Source: Ranitomeya imitator
Taxonomy: Eukaryota
Assembly (NCBI RefSeq): GCF_032444005.1
Contig: NC_091282.1
Location: forward strand, 548,762,001 to 548,826,000
Length of the DNA stretch: 64,000 bases
Direction: 5' to 3'
Both the position numbers and the translations under genes were made by a program. A model generated the notes under the pieces. It had not been told where the DNA came from. It ran no database searches and was given only the letters and a program-made list of their open reading frames with translations. Shown piece by piece: positions 26,383-39,986 of the stretch (positions are counted from its first letter, which is position 1; every line of letters begins with the position of its first letter).

Positions 26383-27035
26383 GCCCCTCATAGAATATAA
26401 AGTAGCCCCCTCATAGAATATAATGCAGGCCCCTCATAGAATATAATGCAGCCCCCTCATAGAATATAATACAGCCCCCTTATAGAATATAATGTAGCCC
26501 CCTCATAGAATATAATGTAGCCCCCTCATAGAATATAATGTAGCCCCCCTCATAGAATATAATGTAGCCCCCCACATAACCCTCTCCACCACCTCCATTA
26601 TTGTTCTCCCCTCTACTTCATCATTGTCCTCATCGCCACCCCATCATTGCCCTTCCACCAACTCCATCATTGCCCTTTCCACCACCTCCATCATTGCCTT
26701 CTCCCCATCACTCCCATCATTGCCCTCTCCACAACCTCTGATTGTTTTACTCCCCCACCACCCACATCATTGCCCATTACACCACCTCCATCATTGCCTC
26801 CTGCCCCACTGCCCCCATCATCCTTTACACCATCACCATCATTGCCTTCTCCCCCACTACCTCCATCATTGCTTTCTCCCCCACCACTCCCATAATTGCT
26901 CTCTGCATCTCCTCCATCATTGCCTTCTCCCCCACCACCCCATCATTTCCCTCTCCACCAACTCTATGATTGTTTTCTCCCCCACTACTCCAATCATTGC
27001 ACTTTCCACCACCTCCATCATTGCCCTCTCCAACA
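26383..27035. repeat. 23-bp minisatellite (26383-26580) followed by a CCACCACCTCCATCATTGCC-type low-complexity array
   Basis: GCCCCCTCATAGAATATAATGTA repeated ~8 times, then degenerate ~25-bp units. Confidence 0.85.
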
Positions 27036-27335
27036 CACACACAGCACTACTCACCTCTCTGTCTGTTCCCCAGCAGCATCACTCACTACTCACAGGCAAG
27101 TCATCAGGAGGTTCGGAGTCAGATACCGGGAGGGCTCATAGGACAGAGTGGTAAGCCAAAGGCATGGTCAGGAAACAGTCCAGGATCAAATGTCAGAAGG
27201 GTATGTCAAAACCAGGGAGTACAACACATGCACTGCCTGAGCATCCACCAAATGCTCCTTTACTATAGGCCTGACTGCTGCAATTCAGTCCTGTATGTTG
27301 GCCACGTGGTCACTGACACTCTTGTGGGGTGTAGG

Positions 27336-27968
27336 TTACTGCTCCCATGTCTCTTTGGCTGCATCCAGCAGACTCCTAGGATGCCTGCTATACTGTAGCT
27401 TAAAGGGTGAAAATCCCATGGAAGACTGTGGTACCTCCTGAATGGCGAACACTAAGTAGGGCAACAACATGTCCCAATCCCTTCCATCCTTGTAGAATAC
27501 TTTCTTCAACATGGATTTGAGGGTTTTGTTGAAGCGCTCGACTAACCCATCGGTCTGGGGGTGATACACCGACGTGAGCAACTGTTTTATTTTTAGAAGC
27601 TTGCATAGTTCCTTTATCACCTTGGACATGAAAGGAGTCCCCTGGTCAGTGAGGAACTCCTTCAGTAGCCCAAGGTGACAGAACAACATGGCGATAAGTT
27701 TAGCTGAGGTGTGCCGAAGCGGAATAGCCTCCGAGTTCCGGGTGACATAATCTATGACCACCAATATGTGTTGGTGGCCCCAGGCAGATTTTACTATCGG
27801 CCCCACTAGATCCATCACAATCCACTCAGAAGGTACCTCTATGATGGGCAGAGGTACCAATGGACTGCGGTAGTTCGTGGTGGGTGAGGTCAGTTGGCAC
27901 TCCGGACACATGTCACAGTACCTCTGGACCTCCGCGTAGACCCCAGGCCAAAAAAATGCAGTATGCAT
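27336..27968 (-). pseudogene. Retrotransposon integrase (Gmr1-like)
   Basis: CDMCPEC, MDLVGP, TDQGTPF, YHPQTDGLVERFNKTLK motifs. Confidence 0.9.
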
Positions 27969-28640
27969 TCCTGCACCTTTTTGGCCCCTTAGTGCCCCCC
28001 CAGCTTGTGAGTATAAGCCATTTTGAGTACCGCACGATGGTAGTATTGAGGCACTATCAGTTGTTTTACCACTTCATCCCGGATTTTGTTAAACCTATAC
28101 AATAGATCTTGGTTGACAGCCAGGTGGGGAAAAAACATTTCTGCCCCTGGTTGCTGGCAACTCCATTAACCTCTCACCCTTTGTCGTGCCCAAGCAAGGG
28201 TTGGATCCTGGAGCTGAGCTGTCCTGAACTTACCAGGGGACACTTCCAGCTCGGGGATCGGTGGGGTCTCCTCAACCTCTCCTGTCCATATCTTTAGGGG
28301 AAACCTATCGAGGTTACACTCTGTCCCTATGTTGGAGACCCCTACAGCAGATATCCCTGACTCGGGATCTTCGGGTTCCACGACCAGAATAACATTTATC
28401 TTGGGAGGGTTAACCCTGGTCTCCTACAGGGACCATAACAGCGGTAAGTCTCTTCCCAATACAGTCCCATATGGAATAGTTTTTACCACTCATACCACTT
28501 GTCTTATCTCTCCACACAGGGTGGAAAATGTAACTTCCGCAGTCGGGTACTCTCGGTGTTCCCCAAGTATGCATACCACCCCCCCACCTTCCATCTATTG
28601 AGGTTGTCACCAGCAACAAGGGACCCATGTACCAGAGTCA

Positions 28641-29528
28641 CTAACCTCGAGTCCAAAAAGTGTCTGTCTGGTACCCGCTAACGAGTACCTTGCACAGTTG
28701 GGGTTCGGTACTGGCAGTGCCTCTAGTGGCAGTGCAGACTGGCTTGGCATGCATAGACACACAGCAAGTATACCCGCAGTCCATGGGTTCAGCTGTCAGG
28801 GGGCTTCTTATCTTCAGCTGGGAATCTCGGGTCCACATCGCCTCCTCTTCATTTTGACTGGGTGCTCCGCAGTTGTAGCATGTAGGCAGTCTTCTTCGCC
28901 GAGCGGCTCTAGTCTCACTGTGGGGGCCGGTCTCTCGTTCTCGCACTGGAGGGCTGTACTCTGCAGCAGGGGTCTTCTTATATTCAGCTACTTCCTCATG
29001 GACTCGCTTAACCTCCTTCTTCAAGTCTTCTACCCATTGAGGGGCTGTTACCTCCCCGCTCCATACCTGTCCCACTGGCACTACCACCCCTTGCTCTTGC
29101 TCGCGCGTGCGTGCCTCACTTCCAACCTCAGAGAAAGTCATATCTAGCTTTACGCGCATGCGCTCTCGCAGGGCCTGTTTCACCAACACATCTCGCAAGC
29201 CTGTCACCAGTTGGTCCCGCAGCACAACGTCAATTGACCCCACACCTACGCCGTCCTTCCGTATAATGGCAGTATGAAGCTCCTGCAGTGCGTTCATATA
29301 TTGCGTCACGGTCTCCCCCTCTCTTTGCACCCGGCGGAACAGTCGCATGCGCAGTTCCTCTACGTCAGTGGGGTCCCCATGCGTCTCCTCAAGTATACGT
29401 AATACTTTGTCCAGGGTATCTCTCGACTGAGGGGGTCTGAGCATAACAGAGTCCCGTGCATCCCCCTCCAGGGCCATTACAGCTATTTCCGCCTGCAGAG
29501 CCGGTGTCATAGGATGCATCCGCATCAT
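28641..29528 (-). pseudogene. Gypsy gag (capsid-like domain plus half a zinc knuckle) fused to a PR-leader segment
   Basis: QREGETVTQYMNALQEL...LRDQLVTGLRD...CYNCG. Highly similar to gag at 42496-43388. Confidence 0.8.
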
Positions 29529-30677
29529 CCCTCGGATGCGTTCCGTCCAACTTCACAACATGACCTCACTCCCCGAGAATTTTGGCAAGTTAACTAACAT
29601 GGCTCCCAGGGAAATGCTAGACTTGGGGCCTCCCCCAACTGCTTGGTCTGCCCCTTCCGCGCTACCTTGTGACATCCTGCCGATTATGCCAAGTGTAATA
29701 GAGTGCAGAGTTGCGTATGTCACCACGGAACAGACAGACCAACTGTTGAAGGGGATTTATTAACAGGGGTAAAATTCTCCTCGCAGGGAGTAAACAGGGG
29801 GTTAATAGAGTCAAGTCAAACAGTAAACAGTTAAGTGGAATCAAAAGGGTTAACGAGTGTTCTGGTAACTTATCAGCCCAGGGAGATCCTGACTGAAGAG
29901 TCCTAATTCCAGTGTGGGTACAGTCACCAGCAGAGTCCGCTTTCATGTACTCACAAGATGAAGTCTTTAGCTTTTACAGCACAGCCAGGAATCAGGGGCT
30001 CCGCACTGTTAAATCTCTCAACAAGAATCACAGTCTATGTACTGATACTGCGGAGACCAGGGAATATAAGTCTCTTCTCTGTTTCCTGGAAACTCGGGGG
30101 TTAAGTCTCTGCAGCCTGTTCTTCTCAAAGTGAAACTGAAAACGGAAAGTAGCACAGTCTGGTCAGTCACTGTCCCAGGAGTCTCTGTGAGCCTGGCAGC
30201 TTCTCTGTAGTAATGTCAAACACACACTGGGCAGTTACTTATCACACTCAGGGATCTTTGCTTGTCACTGCGGTCACCAGAGCTGCAGTCACCAGGGCTG
30301 CACTATCAGGGGAAGAGTCTTCTCAGATTATGGAGGCTTCCAAGTCCCCACTCTCACTCCAGCCTTAGTGCCCTCACGGGGAGCACTCTGTCATGGGGAG
30401 TGCGACGCTGCAGCCTGCCCTCTCTCTGTGCAGCTGTCCCCTCTCTGGCGCGCTCTCTCTCCCCCGCACTTTTCTGACCACTCCCCTCTCTCTTCCCAGC
30501 AGTCACCTGGTCCCCTCTGTCCAGGGCAGAAAGTCTTCCCCCCAACAACCCAGCTGTCTGACTAAGTGGTTCCAGGCAAGGAGCAGGGAAAGCAACCTCC
30601 TTACATTAGCAACCCTCGTAAATAACACCCTGTCGCTGCCTCACAATAAATATATATAAATAATATATGTGTGTGTT

Positions 30678-30714
<37 letters not shown>

Positions 30715-30715
<1 letters not shown>

Positions 30716-33700
30716 CTAGCTATTGAACCCGTTCTACGCCCAGGTGGCGAGCATTTATATTGGTATATGGTCTCCATCCTGGTATGTGCTGCTCCATTCT
30801 GCGTCCCCATCCTGTCATGTGCTGCGCCCATCCTGCGTCCCCATCCTGTCATGTGCTGCTCCCATCCTGCGTCCCCATCCTGTCATGTGCTGCACCCATC
30901 CTGCGTCCCCATCCAGTCATGTGCTGCACCCATCCTGCGTCCCCATACTGTCATGTGCTGCACCCATCCTGCGTCCCCATCCTGTCATGTGCTGCTCCAT
31001 CCTGCGTCCCCATCCTGTCATGTGCTGCACCCATCCTGCGTCCCCATCCTGTCATGTGCTGCACCCATCCTGCGTCCCCATCCTGTCATGTGCTGCACCC
31101 ATCCTGCGTCCCCATCCTGTCATGTGCTGCACCCATCCTGCATCCCCATCCTGTGTCCCCATCCTGTCATGTGCTGCACCCATCCTGCGTCCCCATCCTG
31201 GTATGTGCTGCACCCATCCTGCGACCCCATCCTGCATTCCCATCCTGTCATGTGCTGCAGCCATCCTGCGTCCTCATCCTGGTATGTGCTGCACCCATCC
31301 TGCGTCCCCATCCTGTCATGTGCTGCACACATCCTGCGTCCCCATCCTGGTATGTGCTGCACCCATACTGCGTCCCCATCCTGGTATTTGCTGCACCCAT
31401 CCTGCGTCCCCATCCTGTCATGTGCTGCACCCATCCTGCGTCCCCATCCTGGTATGTGCTGCAACCATCCTGCGTCCCCATCCTGGTATGTGCTGCAACC
31501 ATCCTGCGTCCCCATCCTGCGTCCCCATCCTGGTATGTGCTGCACCCATCCTGCGTCCCCATCCTGTCATGTGCTGCACACATCCTGCATCCCCATCCTG
31601 GTATGTGCTGCACCCATACTGCGTCCCCATCCTGGTATTTGCTGCACCCATCCTGCGTCCCCATCCTGTCATGTGCTGCACCCATCCTGCGTCCCCATCC
31701 TGATATGTGCTGCACCCATCCTGCGTCCCCATCCTGCGTCCCCATCCTGGTATGTGCTGCAACCATCCTGCGTCCCCATCCTGGTATGTGCTGCAACCAT
31801 CCTGCGTCCCCATCCTGCGTCCCCATCCTGGTATGTGCTGCAACCATCCTGCGTCCCCATCCTGGTATGTGATGCAACCATCCTGCGTCCCCATCCTGTC
31901 ATGTGCTGCACCCATCCTGCGTCCCCATCCTGGTATGTGCTGTACCCATCCTGCGTCCCCATCCTGCATTCCCATCCTGTCATGTGCTGCACCCATCCTG
32001 CGTCCCCATCCTGGTATGTGCTGCACCCATCCTGCGTCCTCATCCTGTCATGTGCTGCACCCATCCTGCGTCCCCATCCTGGTATGTGCTGCACCCATCC
32101 TGCGTCCCCATCCGGGTATGTGCTGCACCCATCCTGCGTCCCCATCCTGTCATGTGCTGCACCCATCCTGCGACCCCATCCTGCATTCCCATCCTGTCAT
32201 GTGCTGCAGCCATCCTGCGTCCTCATCCTGGTATGTGCTGCACCCATCCTGCGTCCCCATCCTGTCATGTGCTGCACACATCCTGCGTCCCCATCCTGGT
32301 ATGTGCTGCACCCATACTGCGTCCCCATCCTGGTATTTGCTGCACCCATCCTGCGTCCCCATCCTGTCATGTGCTGCACCCATCCTGCGTCCCCATCCTG
32401 ATATGTGCTGCACCCATCCTGCGTCCCCATCCTGCGTCCCCATCCTGGTATGTGCTGCAACCATCCTGCGTCCCCATCCTGGTATGTGCTGCAACCATCC
32501 TGCGTCCCCATCCTGCGTCCCCATCCTGGTATGTGCTGCAACCATCCTGCGTCCCCATCCTGGTATGTGCTGCAACCATCCTGCGTCCCCATCCTGTCAT
32601 GTGCTGCACCCATCCTGCGTCCCCATCCTGGTATGTGCTGTACCCATCCTGCGTCCCCATCCTGCATTCCCATCCTGTCATGTGCTGCACCCATCCTGCG
32701 TCCCCATCCTGGTATGTGCTGCACCCATCCTGCGTCCTCATCCTGTCATGTGCTGCACCCATCCTGCGTCCCCATCCTGGTATGTGCTGCACCCATCCTG
32801 CGTCCCCATCCGGGTATGTGCTGCACCCATCCTGCGTCCCCATCCTGTCATGTGCTGCACCCATCCTGCGGCCCCATCCTGGTATGTGCTGCACCCATCC
32901 TGCGTCCCCATCCTGCGTCCCCATCCTGGTATGTGCTGCAACCATCCTGCGTCCCCATCCTGGTATGTGCTGCAACCATCCTGCGTCCCCATCCTGGTAT
33001 GTGCTGCAACCATCCTGCGTCCCCATCCTGGTATGTGCTGCAACCATCCTGCGTCCCCATCCTGCGTCCCCATCCTGGTATGTGCTGCAACCATCCTGCG
33101 TCCCCATCCTGCGTCCCCATCCTGGTATGTGCTGCAACCATCCTGCGTCCCCATCCTGGTATGTGCTGCAACCATCCTGCGTCCCCATCCTGCGTCTCCA
33201 TCCTGGTATGTGCTGCAACCATCCTGCGTCCCCATCCTGGTATGTGCTGCAACCATCCTGCGTCCCCATCCTGCGTCCCCATCCTGGTATGTGCTGCAAC
33301 CATCCTGCGTCCCCATCCTGGTATGTGCTGCAACCATCCTGCGTCCCCATCCTGCGTCCCCTTCCTGGTATGTGCTGCAACCATCCTGCATCCCCATCCT
33401 GGTATGTGCTGCAACCATCCTGCGTCCCCATCCTGCGTCCCCATCCTGCGTCCCCATCCTCTCATGTGCTGCAGCCATCCTGCGTCCCCATCCTGTCATG
33501 TGCTGCACCCATCCGGGGGTCTGAGCAGGCGGGGACACCGGCGCGCTGTGGGGGTCAGGTGCCGGTATCGCCGCCAGCTCAGACCCCCCAGCACTTACTA
33601 TACTCACCTGTCTGTCCCGTTCCACAGCTGGGCGCCGCCATCTTCCCGGTCTCCTGGCTGTGACTGTTCAGTCAGAGGGCGGCGCCGGCGTGCATTAAGC

Positions 33701-33970
33701 GCGTCATCGCGCCCTCTGAACTGAAGGTCACAGGCCGATGAAGATGGCGGCGCTCAGCGGTGGAACGCAGGACAGGTGAATATGGCCGATACTCACCCTC
33801 CTGGCGGTCCCTGCTTCTCTGTTGGAGATCGCGGTGTGCGTTCAGTGTGAACGCATACCGCGATCTCCCGGGAGCGTCACTCTGTGAGGCCCAGACTGCG
33901 CTGGCGCTTGCGCCTGTGCAGTCTATAAAGGCTTCGGACAGAGTGACGCTCCCAGCGTTATATTATAGAT
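30715..33970. mobile_element. Helitron-like non-autonomous element inserted in (AT)n
   Basis: 5' end ACTAGCTATTGAACCCGTTCTACGCCC; 3' end ...GCGTTATATTATAGAT. No TSD or TIR. AT microsatellite on both sides. The classification is inferred from the terminal motifs. Confidence 0.55.
30780..33512. repeat. 2.7-kb minisatellite of 13-bp (CCATCCTGCGTCC) and 21-bp (CCATCCTG[TC/GT]ATGTGCTGCAC) subunits
   Basis: Read directly from the sequence. The long ORFs here are artefacts of the repeat. Confidence 0.95.
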
Positions 33971-33981
33971 ATATATATATA

Positions 33982-34478
33982 TGTAGTAAGATGGCAGCCA
34001 GACACGTCCTCAAAGAGAGATATCTATCATTGAGGATGGTAGCCTCAGTGATATAAACCTGAAGAAGCAGGCTCCAGCACATATAGTGCTGAATGAGTTA
34101 TTAGGGTGTGTCCAGTGTCGGGTTTGCGAGCAGTCAAAGAGATAAGTGGGACTTACTGCTCACACATCCTCACCCCAGGGCCTGATATGGCAGATGTAAG
34201 AAAGTCCAGCTGTGTCATTAGTGTGGAGTGTGCAAGGAGACAACACCTTGCTTGTGTGCCTCAGTCTCTGCAGGAGGCTGAGTGAAGGTTTGACATTTAA
34301 ACGGGTGAGCCCATGCTATATATGGACTGATTATTTTCCATTTTTGTGCTGTGATTCCTTTTGTAGCCAGAAGAGGCTGTTTTTGTTTTGTTAATCTTGA
34401 TGGATTATGGACATTTAATAAACTGCACGTTTATTTGAACCAACGAATCGGACCCCTGTATGTACACCAGCATCTACA
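33982..34478 (+). mobile_element. Probable LTR
   Basis: TGTAG...CTACA inverted termini, ~500 bp, AATAAA near 34418. A gap follows shortly after. Confidence 0.5.
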
Positions 34479-34725
34479 TGAGAGCTGACNNNNNNNNNNN
34501 NNNNNNNNNNNNNNNNNNNNNNNNNNNNNNNNNNNNNNNNNNNNNNNNNNNNNNNNNNNNNNNNNNNNNNNNNNNNNNNNNNNNNNNNNNNNNNNNNNNN
34601 NNNNNNNNNNNNNNNNNNNNNNNNNNNNNNNNNNNNNNNNNNNNNNNNNNNNNNCGCTATAAAAAGAGGGGGGACCCAAACACATTTCTTGCGCATGTGC
34701 CCCAAGCTATCACTGTCCTCCCCTG

Positions 34726-35260
34726 ATCCTGGATATCCACATATCTCATTAACTGGACATTTTTGCCTCCCGTTGCCACTCTACCACCTCATCTCACTCT
34801 CTCTGTTTTTCGTCAAAGCTCTCTTCTAGGGCTCCTACTCTTCTCCTTTTACACCTTTGGCCTGGGACAACACATAAAGTCCCATGGCTTCCATTACTTC
34901 CTACTGTATATGCAGATGACATCCTAATTTACCTTTCTGGCCCATATGTCTCCTTTCTGCTGTCCAGAATCCAAGAGTGTCTATCAGCCATATCCTTAAC
35001 TCTCATCCCACGTTTTAAAATTCAATTATTGACTGGGCGTACTCTAGAGTTTGCTCTGTTCTTCAAACCACAAATTCAAGCTTTCAGCACCTCCTGTCAC
35101 CTTCAATTCAAAAGTATTTCCAGAATCCACCCTTGCCTCAAAAAAAATGTTAGCACATGCCCTAATCATCTCCCACCGAGTACTGCAATATCCTATAATA
35201 ATTGCAGCCAAATAAAATTTGGCTCATATAGAACTGAATCATCTGCTCAAATAATTGTTT
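34726..35260 (+). pseudogene. L2 LINE RT fragment, 3' continuation
   Basis: SWISTYL..., LGPLLF-like segment, and YADD (TATGCAGATGAC, ~34908-34920). Confidence 0.75.
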
Positions 35261-35989
35261 AAAAAAATATATGTAATTGTAATGTATTAGGAGTGAGGGA
35301 GAGAGGACAAGGCAGGCATTGTAATAAATTGGGGGAGGAGAGAGGATATGTAATTGTAATGGATTGGTAATGGAGGGTGTAGAGAGGACATGGATTTGTA
35401 ATTAATTCGAGGGCTGGGGTGACCTTGGCTAATTAATTTGTATTTTTGTTGGCAGTGAGAATGTAGCTAAATTCAGTTAATGTGAAGCACAGTTCTGGCT
35501 TATTATAATATATTTTGAATGCTGAGTTGCACAGTGGCTAATTAACATATGAATTAATGTTGTGGTGCATATCTGTATTCAGAGGAATAGTGTCTGGAAC
35601 TTTATGGCTGTTGTGGACCATGCCTTAAAGCTTCTAAGCGTCCCTCAATTGCATTTTAGTTTGAGACCTCGATTTATACGAACTGTAATCAGCAAACAAG
35701 AGTTCCTAAGAATGCTTGTTCACGATTATCAGCCTGTGTAAAAATGCTGGTGGTTCGGATTGGCAAACGTCCCAATGTTCACCGAACAATTAGATGAACA
35801 AACCCAAACCTAACTGACTTCAGTTGGAGGCAAAACCAAACACATAGATAACACCTTCAGTGGGGGCAAAAAGCTGCCAAACAGCTAAAATTAGGGGCAG
35901 ACACCAGGAAAAGTGGCATCAATTGACCCATCAATTGGACTATAAATAAATAATAAATAAATGTCTTATATTTTCATGAGGGAAAGTTG

Positions 35990-37440
<1,451 letters not shown>

Positions 37441-37831
37441 CTTGGTGACGCACACCATTTCTGGCAGACATTTTGCGCTCCATTCCTTTTGTTGGGATAT
37501 GAATTGTGTTCCACAATTCACTCGGGAATATTTATTTCTGGTGAGCTCCTAGATCCTTCCGATTTCCGTATGAATCTCACCTCTTTTGTTGGGGAATACT
37601 TCCTAATTAGCAATGTGTCTGTATCGCTAGTTAGTGGCATTTTGTAAACATTTGTTCGATATTTCTATCGACATTTTTATCTGCATACATAAATGATGTC
37701 CGGTTTGTGCATTTTCCTATCAGACTTTATCGATATGACTGAATGTCTGGTGACATTGAGGGCTCGTTTACACCTGCCTCCCATGACTGGTATGAATCCA
37801 GGTAATTAACTCACTCATTTTGTTTTATATA

Positions 37832-38010
37832 CAGCTCTGACAAAAATTAAGAGACCACCACATCAAAACCCTGTCATGGGCAGCCCAATCTCCAGACCTG
37901 AACCCCATTGAAAAAACTCTGGAATGTAATCAAGAGGATGATGGATAGTCACAAGCCATCAAAGAAGAACTGCTTCAATTTTTGCGCCAGAAGCAGTGTG
38001 AAAGACTGGT
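37832..38010 (+). mobile_element. Deleted Tc1 derivative
   Basis: TA+CAGCTCTGACAAAAATTAAGAGACCAC terminus, followed closely by an SPDLNPIE-like motif. Confidence 0.6.
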
Positions 38011-38169
38011 GGTGTAAATCATCCAGCTGCGGCAGTGAAAACTAAATCTCCGAGCACTAAAAAATACTCGGAGGTCACCCGAGCGTGCTCTGGAAATCTC
38101 GAGTAATGAGTATATTCCCTCATCACTAATGGAGAGCCCAACAAACGGGTATTTGTATTTGAGAGGGGT

Positions 38170-39986
38170 GAATTTGCGGAATTTTTTGGGGGGTGAGGCA
38201 GGAAGCCATTTTGCTTTTCCAAAGCCTTTGTGCTACCAGTAACATTTATATTTCCATTAACAGATGACAGACCTGAGTGGAGCTTGCTTTTTTGTGGATT
38301 GAGTTAAAGATTTTATTGGGTAAATTTTACATAACATTTATGACCACATTTATCTGGCGCTCTACTCTGTGCAGAGACTTGCGGTGGATTCCGTGTCTGG
38401 AGGTCGTGCCTCTCTTTCTCCTGTTACCATCATCCTCAGACTGCAGGTGTTTTACTTCATAGGTGGTCATCGCCCCACCATACTAGCACTCTGTCTAAGT
38501 TATATTACTCCTATCCTTTGTGCCCTATAGAGTGGCGGCGTCTTTGTACATTGATTGGGTACTGTTTCTTTTCCCATGAACATAGCCCTACTGGCTATCA
38601 TTAGCACGTGACTGATGAAAGTCCCTTTGGACTGAAACGTTTCAAGTGCTACAAATAAATCTATTCCACGTTTGCTGAAGATGAGTGCTAGACTTCTTTT
38701 TTATTAACAGATGACAGACCTGAGTAAGGGCTTGCTTTTTTGTGGATTGAGTTCAAGATTTTATTGGGTAAATTTTACATAACATTTATGACCACATTTA
38801 TCTGGCGCTCTACTCTGTGCACTTATTTTGGAGTTTCCATCTAAATCTCCAAGTGACGTGACAGATGAAACTCCCAATGGATCCATTCACTATAATGAAT
38901 TAGCAGAGTTACTCTGGACTCCGTCTTTCCTGCGTTCAGCAGTGTCAGTCTTTTCAGAAGTGCACAAAACTGTGGCTGGCGGCACTTTGAAGGACACTGC
39001 CGGATCACAGGTCCTATGGCGTCCGCAGTGCCTCCATCTGCCTCATTATAGGGAATCTTCTGCTAGAGGTTCCATCTGAATCACATATTTCAGAGATTTA
39101 CACGGAAACCCCGGCGTAAGTGCTCAGCGCAGAGCACAGGATAAATATGCGCCGAGCCTTACTGCGATCTTTGGGAGGCAGAATGAAAAAAATCAACAGG
39201 ATGTGAAGAATTGGTTTTAATTTTACTTTTACGCCATTCCTCATGAGGTATTAGTGATTAGGCAACTTTATTCTTTGGATCGGTGTGATTACAGTGATAG
39301 TAGATGTATTTTGTGCATTTATGTTTGGCTGCTGTCACACACTAAAAGACATTTTTTATTGTGAAAACTAGTTTTTGCATCACCACAGTCTGAAAGCTAT
39401 AATTTTTTTTGTTTTTTGCAGGAGGATCTGATGTTTTTATTTGATACCCTTTAATGGCACATGACTTTTTTGATCACTTTCTATTCCGATTTCCGGAAGA
39501 CAGAATGAACAAAACCATAAATGCAGGAATTGCTTTTTGGTTTTTTTATACTTTTCCGTTTGTGGTAAAATTGGTAAGACAGCTTTATTCATTGAGTCAG
39601 AGTGATTACAGCGATACTCAGTTTTTATCTTTTTATTTATGTTTTGGCGCTTTCACACAATAAAAACTATTTTACAGAAAAAATCATTATTTTTGCATTG
39701 CTTTATTCTGAGAGCTATAACTTTTTTATTTTTCTGCTGATGAAGCTGTATGATGGCTTGGTTTTGCAGGACGCGATGATGTTTTCAGCGGTCTCATTTT
39801 TATTTACATTCAGATTTTTGAACACGTTTTACTGCACTTTGTTCGGCGGTATGATGATAAAACATTGTCTTTTGCCTAGTTTTTTTTAACGGTGTTTACT
39901 GAAGGGGTTAACTTGTGGGACATATAGAGCAGATAGAGTTTTACAGAGCTGATCGTTATGGACATGGCAATACCAAATATGTGTAC
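38170..39986. mobile_element. Third piggyBac-like family copy, left part (continues at 63137-~63640)
   Basis: 39330-39986 resembles 6180-6830 and 63145-63640 resembles 6830-7370. The two parts are separated by the hAT element. Termini not seen. Confidence 0.7.
38603..38650 (+). ncRNA. Candidate minimal type I hammerhead ribozyme
   Basis: Stem I AGCACGTGA/TCAAGTGCT (8/9 bp), core CTGATGA, stem II (A)AGTCC-CTTT-GGACT, GAAA, palindromic ACGT stem III, and a GUU cleavage triplet. Confidence 0.65.

Larger units (their letters stand above)
27230..30645 (-). mobile_element. Truncated, apparently chimeric Gypsy: LTR (29694-~30645), tRNA-Ser PBS, gag, PR relic and Gmr1-type integrase
   Basis: PBS TGGCATAATCGGCAGGAT at 29674-29691. 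The gag ORF is 28641-29528. The integrase ORF 27336-27968 follows PR directly, with no RT between them. Confidence 0.8.

Noticed and set aside
26624-27398. His/Pro-rich ORFs
   Set aside because: They derive from a low-complexity CCA/TCA repeat.
30671-33724. Long Cys/His/Pro-rich ORFs of 300-600 aa on both strands
   Set aside because: They are translations of a stop-poor minisatellite in several frames, with no unique domain.
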